From an uncultured delta proteobacterium (GTDB taxonomy: Bacteria > Desulfobacterota > Syntrophobacteria > Syntrophobacterales > Syntrophobacteraceae), in contig CAWEHK010000013.1 of NCBI GenBank assembly GCA_963808625.1, positions 1 through 47,746 on the forward strand: a stretch of DNA of 47,746 bases, read 5' to 3'. Positions 34,886 to 45,622 of the stretch are shown here, piece after piece. A model generated the notes under the pieces. That model was not told the DNA's origin and ran no database searches. It was given only the letters and a program-made list of their open reading frames with translations. Each line of letters starts with the position of its first letter. Within the stretch, counting starts at the first letter, position 1. Both the position numbers and the translations under genes were made by a program.

Positions 34886-37742
34886 AAACCTATAATTTCC
34901 GAACCGATCCGAATTACTGGGACCAGAAGTTGGCTAATTATCTCCATGATCCACCCGACAAGGCCCTTCGTATTCCAGGGCACGAAGAAAGAAGCATTGC
35001 CCTGCTCGATATTCTGGGTAACCTGCCCACTCCAACCAAGGATAGCTACCAACGAGCTGATGTCATTGCGGCCGGCATGGATCGTACACAACTGCCAGGA
35101 TACAGCCAGGATATCTTCAAAAATGGCGCAATCGACTTCGGCAGTTCACCCTACCTCACTCATCCGACCGGCGAACAATCAGCGCTACAACTTGGCCCAT
35201 GGACGGCCACGGAGAATGACATTGCTGAAGTGATGCGTAAAATTGTTGAAGATGATATCGACGGTTGTGCAGGTGCTCAAAGGCCTATCGGACTATTTTG
35301 AGAAGGACCCGATATCGTTTGCTCCGGCAAGATTTCATTATGTTCATCATGTTCTGCGTGAACGCCTGGCTGATGAGAATGTTGGTGGACTGGGGGGCGT
35401 CTGGCATAGAATGCCGGCTGATACCCGCATCCCCGACCATAGCATCTGGCAACACTGCGCTCTCGTATCCTCTCTGGCTTCCTGTTTCGAGTTGTCGCCC
35501 GAAAAACGCGCCAGTATTTTGGTTTTTAATATCACCCCTGTGCAGGATTTCATCGCACGGGCCAGAAAACTGCGCGATTTCTGGACGGGGTCGCTCATTT
35601 TTTCCTGGTTGGCGTTCGAAGGAATTCGCAAACTGATCTATTTGCTCGGCTCCGACCACATTCTGTATCCAAGCCTTATTGGCCAACCTATGGTTAATTG
35701 GCTGCTGGCAAAAGAGTGCGGTTTAGGGATGCTTGCGCGTGCGGAGAACACCGCTGGTCTGGCCGGTGTAGCTTCGTTTCCAAACAAATTCGTATGTCTC
35801 GTTCCCACGGGTCAAGAAGATTCTATTCGCCGAAGCAATCAAGCAGAGCATTTTGGGCGCTTGGCTTCACCTTGGTCAAAAGACATTGGAGATGGTGGAA
35901 AAAGTGGTTGAACGAAAAGATACCTACCTGGCCGAACAGTTTCAACGGCAAATGGAAGGCTACTGGAATTTCCACTGGGCTGCTTGCCCACTCCTCGATG
36001 AGACAGCCCGGGATTCTTTTGAACAGCTGCTCCACAAGACTGTTTGGCAAGAACCTGTTGGGTTTTTCGACGACTCCAAAGGTTTACCCCACGTAACAAG
36101 AGGTGAAGGTGCGTTTTACGGTGTCTCCCACGCACTCGCTGCAAGGCTTTCTGGCAGCAGGCAAAACCTATCGAGTCGCTCCTTGCAATGCAGAGCCAGG
36201 GATCAAGTGTAATCTTCATGGTGAGCTCGAAACACTGCGGTTTAAATGGAAGAACGGGGAAGACCGCAATCCTCGGCCTCGCAACGACCCTTTCTGGTCC
36301 ACATTCAAGACAGCATGGAAGCCGCAATCCGATTTCAAGCCGACAGAAAGGCTCTCGGCGGTAGCTCTGATCAAACGGATTGCTTATCAGTTTGTCAGGA
36401 GTTGCCTGGACACTCTCTCGAGCCATTTTTTAAGATGTCAGTGGGCTTTCCCTCGACTACCGAGATGGCCCTTTCAGATTGGCTGGACAGGGTCGAACAG
36501 AAAGGGATGACTGATGGACTTGGGCAGAATTGGCGCAAAAAAATCGCTCAGTTGCTGCATGAAAGCGACGCCGACCGTAGCGAAAGGGACCCTGGTCCTG
36601 AAGTGGCAGAACTGGAGATAGCAGAACGTCTGCGTTGCCACCGGGTAATCTCCGGCATGGAAAAAGCGGGTGACCCGGTGCAAGATGATGACAAATACTA
36701 TGCCTTACTGCTTATGGATGGCGATCACATGGGACGACTGGTGAATGGAGAGACTCTGGCCTCCTCATGGCGTACAGTGCTCCATCCTGAACTTGTAACG
36801 CGGCTCGAGGATCCAAAATTCGATGAACGCTACCGATCTTTCTGGATAAAGAAATTGGATCGTTCACGTCTTCTCGCACCCGCAGTGCACGCGGCTATTT
36901 CAGAAGCCCTGGGAGATTTTGCTCTCCGTTCCGTGCCCTCAATAATCAATAAACATCGGGGCCAACTCATTTATGCGGGTGGCGACGATGTGTGCGCCGT
37001 ACTCCCGGTTTCTACGGTACTCGAAGCTGCGCGACAAATCGCTCATGTTTACCGCCTGGGGTTCGTCTTTTTTCCGGGAGACACGAAAAGCAAGGCTATC
37101 AGGCCGATTGGAGAATACTGGCAGCCGGAATCAGGGCGTTTGGCCGTTCATCTGGGCACGGGGAAAGAAATCTCTATCTCTGCCGGGATACTCCTGGCCC
37201 ATCACAAGAAACCCCTTTCTACCGCCATGCACAGAGCCCACCAACTTCTCGACCGTGCCAAAAAGGCAGGAGGACGCAATGGCTTTGCCCTCGAGCTTGA
37301 AAAGCGTTCAGGTGGAGGGCGGGTTTTTATGGCGCGTTGGGACGAAGAACCGTTCGCGGGATTGCGACCTCGGGAGGCCCCATCTTTGCCCCCTTCTGCT
37401 TGCTTGGCCGATCATTTTCTTGCAGTCGGGCAGACCATGGGGGATCCCGGAATGCGAAGCATGAGCGTTTCCCTGGCTTATCGGCTGGAGCAGTTTCGAC
37501 CAGGATTGGAGGCAATAATTGAACACTCTCCTCACGAACTGGTGAAATTCTTGGCCAAACAACTGGAACGTTCCAGCGTGAAGCATGTGGGAGAAGATAA
37601 TAGGATTGCTGACAGTCTGGCCTCACTGCTCGCCAGGCAGAGTCATGGAAGCACATCCGTACACCTGGAGACAGAATCCCTGATTATCGCAAAATTTATC
37701 GGGGGACGAACGATCAGAACAGGCACCAGGCAAGGAGGTTGA
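34882..37742 (+). CDS. cas10: Type III-B Cas10/Cmr2 (about four frameshifts)
   Basis: YLHDPPDKAL, PADTRIPDHSIWQH, PVQDFIARARKLRDFWTGS, YYALLLMDGDHMG, IYAGGDDV. Confidence 0.93.
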
Positions 37743-38821
37743 CCGTGAAGCAGGTGAGACAATGGATTCTCATCGATCCTTTGGATACTCTCTTTTTCAA
37801 GGGCTCTGAACCAATGATCGCGGGGGAGAGTCATGAAGTCCGATCAGTCTTCCCTCCCATGCCATCAACCCTTTTGGGTGCTCTGTGCACAGCCATCCTC
37901 CAACAGAGGGGGATAGACCCCAAAGCCTTTGTTTCAAAGACCGGACCTGATCCCTCGATTGTGCGAGATTATCCATTTCTTGGAAACCCTGGTTCCTCTG
38001 GTTTTCATGTCACCGGCCCTTTGTTCCATGTTCGACCGGCAGGCGGCAGGGGTGAATGGCTTTTCCCATCACCCGCCCACTGGTTTGGGGCATTACCCGA
38101 GCATCTTCAAGATGGGCAGGAAGTGCAAGTGGCTGTCGCGGAGGAGCTCCCAGATCGTCTCAGACCACCCGGTCTTTGTGGCAGTGTGTCCAGTCCCCTT
38201 TGGGTGCTGCAACCAGAGCAGTCTGACACCAAGAGTCTGGGTGGATATTGGACGAATATGGCCGCCCTTGTGGCTCTGAAACAGGGCAAACATTCTGTAA
38301 AGGTCCTTCATTCAACGGGAAGCAAGATATCGGATAAGCCTGCGCTTGTGAGTCTGGAAACCCTGTATGGCAACGAAGTCAGGGTTGGCATTGCGCTCGA
38401 AACCGGAACCCGCAGAGTTCGTCCCGGCCATCTCTACTCTGCCACGCAAGTCCGCCTGCGCGCTGGCGTCAACCTGGCCGTCGGGCTTTCAGAGGAGCTC
38501 ATACCGAGCCATCTGGATGCTGCAGGGATTCTTCAATTGGGTGGAGAACAGAGGCTTGTAAGCTATCAACTGCTTTCCAACGGGCCGCCTGTGGCGGATG
38601 GTAGTAGTCCATGGATTCTGTCTCTCTCAGCATTTCCAGCCGAAAAACTTTATCTACACAAATGGGAAACTCTGCCCCGCGTTTCCGGCCATCTCATCCG
38701 CATGGGTGGATGGGACATGAAGGAACGTTTTCATAAGCCAATGAAAGCTTACTTCCCAGCAGGTGCGGTAATTAAGGTGGGACAAGACATCGTGCTGCCG
38801 TTTGGTTTTATGCGTCTTTAA
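37739..38821 (+). CDS. cmr3: Type III-B Cmr3
   Basis: PLDTLFFK, FPPMPSTLLGAL, RVGIAL, LGGEQR, GGWDM..KPM...PAGAV. Confidence 0.9.
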   Translation: MTVKQVRQWILIDPLDTLFFKGSEPMIAGESHEVRSVFPPMPSTLLGALCTAILQQRGIDPKAFVSKTGPDPSIVRDYPFLGNPGSSGFHVTGPLFHVRPAGGRGEWLFPSPAHWFGALPEHLQDGQEVQVAVAEELPDRLRPPGLCGSVSSPLWVLQPEQSDTKSLGGYWTNMAALVALKQGKHSVKVLHSTGSKISDKPALVSLETLYGNEVRVGIALETGTRRVRPGHLYSATQVRLRAGVNLAVGLSEELIPSHLDAAGILQLGGEQRLVSYQLLSNGPPVADGSSPWILSLSAFPAEKLYLHKWETLPRVSGHLIRMGGWDMKERFHKPMKAYFPAGAVIKVGQDIVLPFGFMRL

Positions 38822-38837
38822 CTCTCGGAGGTTGATC

Positions 38838-39760
38838 ATGTTTTCTAAAGACTTGGCGCAAATTTGTGTGTTTTATGCAATCTCCCCACTCCATGCCGGC
38901 TCTGGGCAAGCGGTTGGAGCCGTACATCTCCCATCCAGCGGGAAAGGCACACGGCATGGCCCCATGTGCAGGCATCCGGAGTCAAGGGGGCCTTCAGAGA
39001 CTGGTTTTACCGCTATTATGAGGCGAATGGGGCGGCCAGTCTGGACAAGAAGCAACAGGCGAAGGAACTGACTGAACGGATTTTTGGCAAGGAAGAAGGA
39101 GGTGAAGCGGGCGATGGTCAGGCTGGTGCTATCTCAATCACAGACGCGCGATTGCTAGCCTTTCCCGTAAGGTCCAACGTTTCCCCGTTCGTCTGGGTGA
39201 CGTGCCCGGCAGTGCTCACCCGTCTTAACCGTGACCTCGGTTTATGCTCCTATGGCAAGACCGTGCCTGACATCAGACCAACGAATGTTGATAGTTACAT
39301 TACCGTGATTGGACAGATACAGGACAAGGCGGTGGTGATGGAGGACCTTGCGGTGTCAATCGAAGCGCCGCCTGAAGGAATTGCCATTCTCAAGGAGATC
39401 ATTACTGACCTGGTCCCCCAAATAAGCAGGCTGCTTCTTATCTCTGATCAGAATTTTTCCTTTTTGGTGCAATCAGCCACCGAAGTTCAGCCACAGATCA
39501 AAATCAATATCGAGACCGGAACTGCCAAGGATGGGTCTCTGCGCTACCAGGAACTACTGCCGTCTGATTCTGTTCTCTATAGCCTGGTGTTTTATGCAAA
39601 AGAGAGAATCCAAGAGGAAGGTTTATTGCCTGAAGCGATAAGGGATCTTGTCGTCTCCGCCGTCTCCACCCACATCCAAATGGGAGGAGACATTACCTTG
39701 GGCAGGGGGCTCATGGAAATCAACTGGTTCCCCCCCGCGAAGAAAGGAGACAATCAATGA
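38838..39760 (+). CDS. cmr4: Type III-B RAMP Cmr4 (frameshift near 38930)
   Basis: SPLHAGSG, PIQRERHT, SGVKGAFR, DARLLAFPVRS, LRYQELLP, QMGGDITLGRG. Confidence 0.92.
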
Positions 39761-40146
39761 ATACCACGTTAGCCCAACAGCGTTCTGCCTTTGCGCTTGA
39801 GAGGATCGAGCAACCGATTAAGGACCGGCTCAAGTTTGGCAAGCTCGTCGCTGGCCTCCCAGCCATGATCCTGCAAAATGGCTTTGGACAAACACTTGCT
39901 TTCCTCCTTTCAAAGGCAACAGACAAGAATCTTGATATCGATAAACTGGATAAGCATTTCCTGGCGTTCGACATGATTGCTCGTTGGTTGAAGCAAGACG
40001 GGATTCTAAACGATGCTGAGCCGATCGACGTGATGAAAGCGTTATCCGAAATGCCACAAGATCAATATCTCCGAGCCCAAGAAGAAGCCATGAGCGTTTT
40101 GGAGTGGGTGAAGAGATATGCCAACGCTGGATTGTTTAGTGGTTAA
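39757..40146 (+). CDS. cmr5: Type III-B small subunit Cmr5
   Basis: QQRSAFA, LPAMILQNGFGQTLAFL, WVKRYA. Confidence 0.92.
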   Translation: MNTTLAQQRSAFALERIEQPIKDRLKFGKLVAGLPAMILQNGFGQTLAFLLSKATDKNLDIDKLDKHFLAFDMIARWLKQDGILNDAEPIDVMKALSEMPQDQYLRAQEEAMSVLEWVKRYANAGLFSG

Positions 40147-40155
40147 GGAGCCTTC

Positions 40156-41441
40156 ATGGATACTTCATTTCCAAACGCGTTCAGGCCGGTGTCGAAAGCC
40201 GTTAATCAAACTATTGGATCCATTCTCTTCAGGATCTATTTAATTTTGGACTGTTTTTTCAGAAATGGTTTTATGTTGTGTCACAGACATGGAAATGCCC
40301 TACAGACATGGTCAAACGACGTGGTCTCGACGGACTCTCCTTATCAGACAACTTGGAGTCTCTATCAGGTTATTTAACGGACAAGCGATAGCGATAGGGG
40401 GGAAAGAAGCTCAGTGGAACTCAACAGAGTATACGTGCAAGACTTAAAGAAAAACACATCGTTCTCGAAAACTTGGTCATCAGTTTTCACAATCTAGGTT
40501 ATGAGTATCTCAAGTGCGAAATGCCTCTATTAACACCGCTGGTTATTGGTCTTGGCAACGAGCACCCGACGGAAAAAGGATTCCGTTTTGACTGGACCCT
40601 CGGGGTCCCATCGATCCCCGCGAGCAGCATAAAGGGGGTGGTGCGCTTGGCAGCAATTGTGAACGAGTTCAACCATTATCCCAGCCTTGATGAAGCGGAA
40701 AATTTCGTTGCCGAAATTGAAAAGGGGAAGTGTCCTGAAGGTCTTATGAAGATCTTTGGAACAGGCGGTGAGGCGGATGCAGCCAGGGGGCGGGTGATTT
40801 TTATGGATGCCTACCCCTCTGCATTGCCGAGACTCAAAGCTGAGATCATGAACTGCCATTATCCGGACTACTTCCAAGGCAAACGTGGCCCCACCGAAGA
40901 CCAACAGCTCAATCCTCAGAAGTTTTGGGCTATAGATCCCTATCTGGATGACAAGGGGACTCCCTTGAAATTTGTTTTCCGGCTTCTGGTGCACAAAGAC
41001 ATCGCTGGCAATCAAGAATATCAAGCCATACTCGAGAATGCTCTGAGAGCAGCCCTGGAAGACCACGGACTGGGGGCAAAAACAGCCATCGGTCACGGTC
41101 GATTCTCGATGAAGGCGAGTGGGCAGAACAGACTATCAGAAGAACCGGAAGCTGACCCCAGACCAGGTTTAGCCGAACAACCTGTTATTCCTGCTATCCC
41201 AAAACCTAGAAAATCTGTTCTGCGCGAAATCTGGAACAATGCAACCGTCCTGTGGAAACCTAACGACAACAGCATTACGGCAACCTTTCAAGATAGGAAA
41301 GCTTCCTGCAAAGGCAAAGAGCTCGTTCCGGATGTCTTTCACGAGAAGCTCTTCATGAAAAAGAAGTCCGTCCTCGCCAGGGTTGAAGTGGAGGCCATCG
41401 GCAACGCTTTTAAGATCGTCAAGATCGAAGCTTCGGCATGA
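40156..41441 (+). CDS. cmr6: Type III-B RAMP Cmr6 (N-terminus frameshifted)
   Basis: LVIGLG..HPTEKG, GVPSIPASSIKGV, GRVIFMDAYP, IMNCHYPDY, GLGAKTAIGHG. Confidence 0.9.
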
Positions 41442-41479
41442 CCCTGACCGACGGAACGACCGGCTTGGAAAGAACGGGT

Positions 41480-41846
41480 GGTTGGACGAGGAGCATATCG
41501 TCGGATGCAAAGGCCTCTTCCAGGCGCTCGTGCGACAGTTTCTTGAACCTCCTGTCGAAGCTTGGTTTAAACTCGTAGCACACAGCTGCTTCATCATCTT
41601 CTTCAGGTGGTCGCCAGCGGCATTGGAATCGGAAAAAGTCTGCCCTTCTTCCGCTTCCAAGTTGGCGAGTTCGTCCGCTGGCTTGTCGTGCTTCTCCGGC
41701 GAAAATTCTGTACCGTTGGCGCGTTTGATGAGAATGAAGGCAACGGCATATTCAAGGTCTACATAGTCGCCCTCGCAGAGCTGCAGGCGGGCGAGCATCG
41801 TTTGGGGAATTGACAGTTGGCCGCTCCTGTTAATTTGTTTTAACAT
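41480..41846 (-). pseudogene. AbrB/MazE-type antitoxin followed by a RelE/ParE-like toxin remnant
   Basis: MLKQINRSGQLSIP...GDYVDLE..ILIK; a second frame reads YEFKPSFDRRFKKL and then degenerates. Confidence 0.55.
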
Positions 41847-41938
41847 GCCCAGACTCCTGACGTTATCGTGTGATAGCAACAGTACGTCAGGTGATGAAGA
41901 ACATCAAGTCATGTGCTCAGCCATCGAAGGAATAAACC

Positions 41939-42199
41939 ATGATTACGCGCCATGATGTTGCGCAAAAATTAATCGCTCACGTTCAGCACCGTCTTAGCCT
42001 CGACGAACTGGTGGCGTGGGCCGAAAACGCTATGATGGAAGAGGAGCTCGACCCGCCGGATTTGGAGCTGTTGAGGAATCTCCTCAGCCGTCTTGGTCTT
42101 GCCGACGTCAGGGAGTTCGGGTTGAATTGGGAGGACATTAACGAGTTCCTGTCGCTCCTGGGGTACCTGGTTAAGGTTGATGTAGCAAAAGTCGCGTGA
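41939..42199 (+). CDS. Small acidic helical hypothetical protein (86 aa)
   Basis: RBS AAGGA; intact, protein-like ORF. Confidence 0.65.
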   Translation: MITRHDVAQKLIAHVQHRLSLDELVAWAENAMMEEELDPPDLELLRNLLSRLGLADVREFGLNWEDINEFLSLLGYLVKVDVAKVA

Positions 42200-42265
42200 G
42201 GAGGCTTTCGTCACCCAGCGAGAAGGAAGTCTCGATCTTCGACTCGACAACTAGGTGGGTGAGAA

Positions 42266-42661
42266 ATGAGCGTGAGAGAAAGACCGGACATGGACTCGTT
42301 GAAGGAAATCGTTGCAGGGCTGAGGATGGCTGCTAAAGTCCTCATTGCGATTGTTTATGGCTCTTATGCCAAAGGAACGCCTCATGTCCGCTCCGATATC
42401 GATCTTGCGCTTTATCTCAACGCGCAGAATACCGAAGAGGAAATCGAGATCATTGATAAGGTTCTCATGGCCGTTGAGACCGATGTCTCGATCCTTCGAC
42501 TGGACGATGAGGATGAATCGCCTTTTGTCATCCAGGAAGCTCTCAGCGGGATTCACCTGGTAGAACCCGATGTCGAAACCCTCTATGCCGTCAGCCACAG
42601 AGTGCTTCACGAGTGTGAAAACATCCGATTCAGAAGGGAGTTAAACCATGGACAAGGTTAA
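42266..42661 (+). CDS. Minimal nucleotidyltransferase (MNT/MntA-type antitoxin)
   Basis: YGSYAKG...SDIDL (GSx10DxD); overlaps the HEPN gene. Confidence 0.88.
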   Translation: MSVRERPDMDSLKEIVAGLRMAAKVLIAIVYGSYAKGTPHVRSDIDLALYLNAQNTEEEIEIIDKVLMAVETDVSILRLDDEDESPFVIQEALSGIHLVEPDVETLYAVSHRVLHECENIRFRRELNHGQG

Positions 42662-43052
42662 TCGGCTTCTCAGTTTTGCGGGAGAAACGGTCAGATATTT
42701 CCTGACCAAGGTCGAGAATGTCAAGAGGGACCGCTACCTTGCCGATCGCGACCTGCGCAGTATTCTCGACAAAACGATCAACGATCTGATTCTTTGTCTT
42801 GTTGATCTCGCCGAGGAATGCCTCAAAAAACACCGCCGAACCATACCCGACACCTATAAGGACACCATTCTCGCCTGCTACGATATTCTCGGAGAGGGTG
42901 TGCTAAGCGTTGCTCCTCTTGTTAAACATCGTAACGAGACTATTCATCAATACTTGAAGGTCAATTGGCAAAACATCCTGGTGGTCAAGAACAGAATCAC
43001 GGCTATCGAGGAGTTCATCGAGACAGTTCGGAAGGCGCTCTCAGATGTCTGA
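42648..43052 (+). CDS. HEPN (DUF86/HepT-type) ribonuclease toxin
   Basis: PDTYKD, RNETIHQY (Rx4H followed by Y). Confidence 0.85.
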   Translation: MDKVNRLLSFAGETVRYFLTKVENVKRDRYLADRDLRSILDKTINDLILCLVDLAEECLKKHRRTIPDTYKDTILACYDILGEGVLSVAPLVKHRNETIHQYLKVNWQNILVVKNRITAIEEFIETVRKALSDV

Positions 43053-43145
43053 GGCTCTCTTTCTCCTCCGCAACCAATTCACCTCAAAGATGGAGGCTGG
43101 CTGGGAGAACGTCCATTCCGTGCTGTTTCAAGGGCAATCGCCGGC

Positions 43146-43490
43146 TCAAGGCAGGTCATAATGGAGTCTCAGGGCACGATCTATTTGCGTCAGGAGGTGC
43201 TCGGAGAGATGGCCCAGTTTCTTGATGAGGCGGATTTTGTCAACCGCCCTGGTCTGATTCACCATCGCTTTCGATCGCGTTCGCAAGCCGCCGCTACCGG
43301 ACGGGAGTTCCACCTCGAAGGAGTAAACTTTGGTAACATTCGAGGTAATGGGGGCGATGGAAACTATAGGGGAGTGAGCATTGTTGATGTTATTGGAAAC
43401 CACCACCGCCGGACGCGTCTTCTTCGCCTCTGCTCCGACCGTCGGGTCGAAGTTGACCAGGAATACATCCCCGCGCTCAATCGAGGCCAT
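43146..43490 (-). CDS. PemK/MazF family mRNA interferase toxin
   Basis: RGDVFLVNFDPTVGAEAKKTRPAVVVSN, APITS, QTRAVDKIRL. Confidence 0.92.
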   Translation of the reverse strand: MASIERGDVFLVNFDPTVGAEAKKTRPAVVVSNNINNAHSPIVSIAPITSNVTKVYSFEVELPSGSGGLRTRSKAMVNQTRAVDKIRLIKKLGHLSEHLLTQIDRALRLHYDLP

Positions 43491-43701
43491 CGGCTATGAC
43501 CCCTTCAAGCTCCCCGTTGACTCGCCGAATCTCCGCAGCCGCTTCCCGGTATTCGGCCGCAAGCCTTCGAGCACGTTTCTCCTGAAGCGCATGGGCGATA
43601 GCTTCGGCGATGAAGCGACTCCGCTTGCGCGACTCAATTTCCTGCGCAAGCTCTGCCAATACCTCTTCTGGAAGGCTGATGTTGATGCGTACGAAGCTCA
43701 T
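43477..43701 (-). CDS. Ribbon-helix-helix antitoxin of the MazF toxin
   Basis: RINISLPEE...RSRFIAEAI; overlaps the toxin start. Confidence 0.8.
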   Translation of the reverse strand: MSFVRINISLPEEVLAELAQEIESRKRSRFIAEAIAHALQEKRARRLAAEYREAAAEIRRVNGELEGVIADGLD

Positions 43702-43756
43702 TGTGGCGCCTCATTCACTCGTTTTATTATGTCATGTCAGTCACTATTTGTGAGGT

Positions 43757-43785
43757 AGAATACATTGCACCAAGGGTTTTGTCAA
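43757..43785 (-). promoter_or_regulatory. sigma70 promoter of the antitoxin-mazF operon
   Basis: TTGACA-N17-TATTCT. Confidence 0.65.
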
Positions 43786-43856
43786 TCCATGGCTGCGGCT
43801 TTACAGTTCGCTCCAGCATGAAATCAGAGGCTCCGGTGAGCACCAGGAAAACGATT

Positions 43857-44249
43857 ATGTCCGGCACTCTTTTTCTTATTTTCAATCACCAGTTTACCGA
43901 AAAGCAGGAAGGACACGCTCGCATGACGCTCGGCGTTGAACGGATTGTGACCCTCCCCGAAGACTTGCTGGAGTTGTGGAGTCAGATCCCTCCGGACCTT
44001 CCGGCACTATCAGGTTATCTCGAGCCCCTTCAAACCTGGCTCCTGGCCAACACCGGCAGGGGCGACTTCGTCCTCATTCAGGGCGATTTCGGCGCCTGTC
44101 ATCTGATGGTTGAATTTGCCATGCAATATGGTTTAGTCCCCATTTATTCGACTACCAGAAGGGAAGCGCAAGAAGAGCAGCAGGCTGACGGAACGGTCAA
44201 GCTCACTCATCACTTCGAGCATCGCAGATTCAGAAAATATGGACAGTAA
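43857..44249 (+). CDS. csx20: CRISPR-associated Csx20 (ring-nuclease family)
   Basis: LIFNH, LP..L..LWSQIPP, DFVLIQGDFGA, PIYSTTRR, FEHRRFRKY. Confidence 0.8.
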   Translation: MSGTLFLIFNHQFTEKQEGHARMTLGVERIVTLPEDLLELWSQIPPDLPALSGYLEPLQTWLLANTGRGDFVLIQGDFGACHLMVEFAMQYGLVPIYSTTRREAQEEQQADGTVKLTHHFEHRRFRKYGQ

Positions 44250-44289
44250 TGGATCAGCTAACGACAAACATTACACAAGGGTTGAGTTG

Positions 44290-45477
44290 ATGAAGACATG
44301 CCTGGTATCTTTGATTGGCGACCAAACCATCCCGAACATCCTCGTCGCCGCCCATTTCCAGCCTGATTTCCAGCTGTTCATCAGTACTCGGCGGATGGAA
44401 GAAAAGGGCAAATCGAAGGCCATTCTCGACACGCTGAAACTGCGCGGCCTCGACTATGAAGAGAGGCATCAGGTCCTTGAGGTTTCCGAAGACTCCATCC
44501 TGGATCTACAGAACCAGGTCGCGGGATGGCTCTCTGAGACTGGTGAGGAATTCCAGTTTATTGTCAACCTCACAGGAGGCAATAAACTCATGTCCATAGC
44601 CACCTTTGATCTCTTCACCGATTTTGGCAGTGAGATGGTTTATGTACCCATTCCCAAGAACGAATACCTCAAACCCTTCCCCAAACGACGCCCAAAGCAT
44701 CCCACTCGGCTCACCGAGCGGCTGTCCGTCGAAGAGTATTTGTGCGGTTATGGGTTCAAGGTCAAGAACCACGCGCAGCTTCAACAGAACAAAGAGATGG
44801 CCTTATTACGCCGCAGCACTACCTGTCATGTCTTTGATCACTATCTTGAAACCCGAAGCCTGCTCAGGTGGTTTCGCGCTTCAATGGCTCCTCTTAAGCG
44901 CCGCGCCTTGAAAAAGGGACATGATTTTTCAGGCCACTTTGAAGTCCAAAATCCTGCCCAGTCCCATCTGCTGACGGCGCTGGGATTCAGTCGCTCGGGT
45001 ACGGAGATCAGGAAGACCATTTTCGAGGCAGACTGGAACTATCTGCGCGGTGGCTGGCTGGAGGAGCGCCTCTATCTTGCGGTCCGAGAGGTCTTGCCAT
45101 CTCCAACGGACATCCAGTTGGGGCTTCAATGTGAAGATCCGAAAGGCAATCGCAACGAATTCGATGTTATCCTGGTTCACGCCAACGTCCTTTCACTGAT
45201 TGAGTGTAAGTCCCTGGATGCCGCGGAAGGGTCTGATGATATCGTCGGTGCTAATATCAATGACTTCTTGTATAAACTGGGAGCATTGCGTCAAAACTTC
45301 GGTCTGACTCCAGAGGCGTTTCTGGCCACGACGTCGGAGAGCACTCTCGGAGACGATGGCAGAGTGAAACCTCGCCTCGCGGAACGGGGCAGGCAGTTCC
45401 GAACCGAGATTGTGCCGCTCCTGAAAATCGACAACCTGGAAGGGTTTTTCAGAGACCGGTTCAGCAAGAGCACTTGA
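44290..45477 (+). CDS. Can2/Card1-family CARF + PD-(D/E)xK nuclease (DUF1887); alternative start 44239
   Basis: LVSLIGDQTIPN, NLTGGNKLM, GGWLEE, NEFDVI, LIECKS, FLYKL. Confidence 0.85.
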   Translation: MKTCLVSLIGDQTIPNILVAAHFQPDFQLFISTRRMEEKGKSKAILDTLKLRGLDYEERHQVLEVSEDSILDLQNQVAGWLSETGEEFQFIVNLTGGNKLMSIATFDLFTDFGSEMVYVPIPKNEYLKPFPKRRPKHPTRLTERLSVEEYLCGYGFKVKNHAQLQQNKEMALLRRSTTCHVFDHYLETRSLLRWFRASMAPLKRRALKKGHDFSGHFEVQNPAQSHLLTALGFSRSGTEIRKTIFEADWNYLRGGWLEERLYLAVREVLPSPTDIQLGLQCEDPKGNRNEFDVILVHANVLSLIECKSLDAAEGSDDIVGANINDFLYKLGALRQNFGLTPEAFLATTSESTLGDDGRVKPRLAERGRQFRTEIVPLLKIDNLEGFFRDRFSKST

Positions 45478-45622
45478 TTTGCCACACGACATCAACCGCA
45501 GTGCCTGCTCATGATTCATGGCAGAAGGTCATGCAAAAACGGGGGAAGAGGGAAGAACACGTGCAGTGGTGCTCAGGCGACTGCACTGAGCGCGGCAAGC
45601 CCGACAACGGAGGGTTCGAAGA

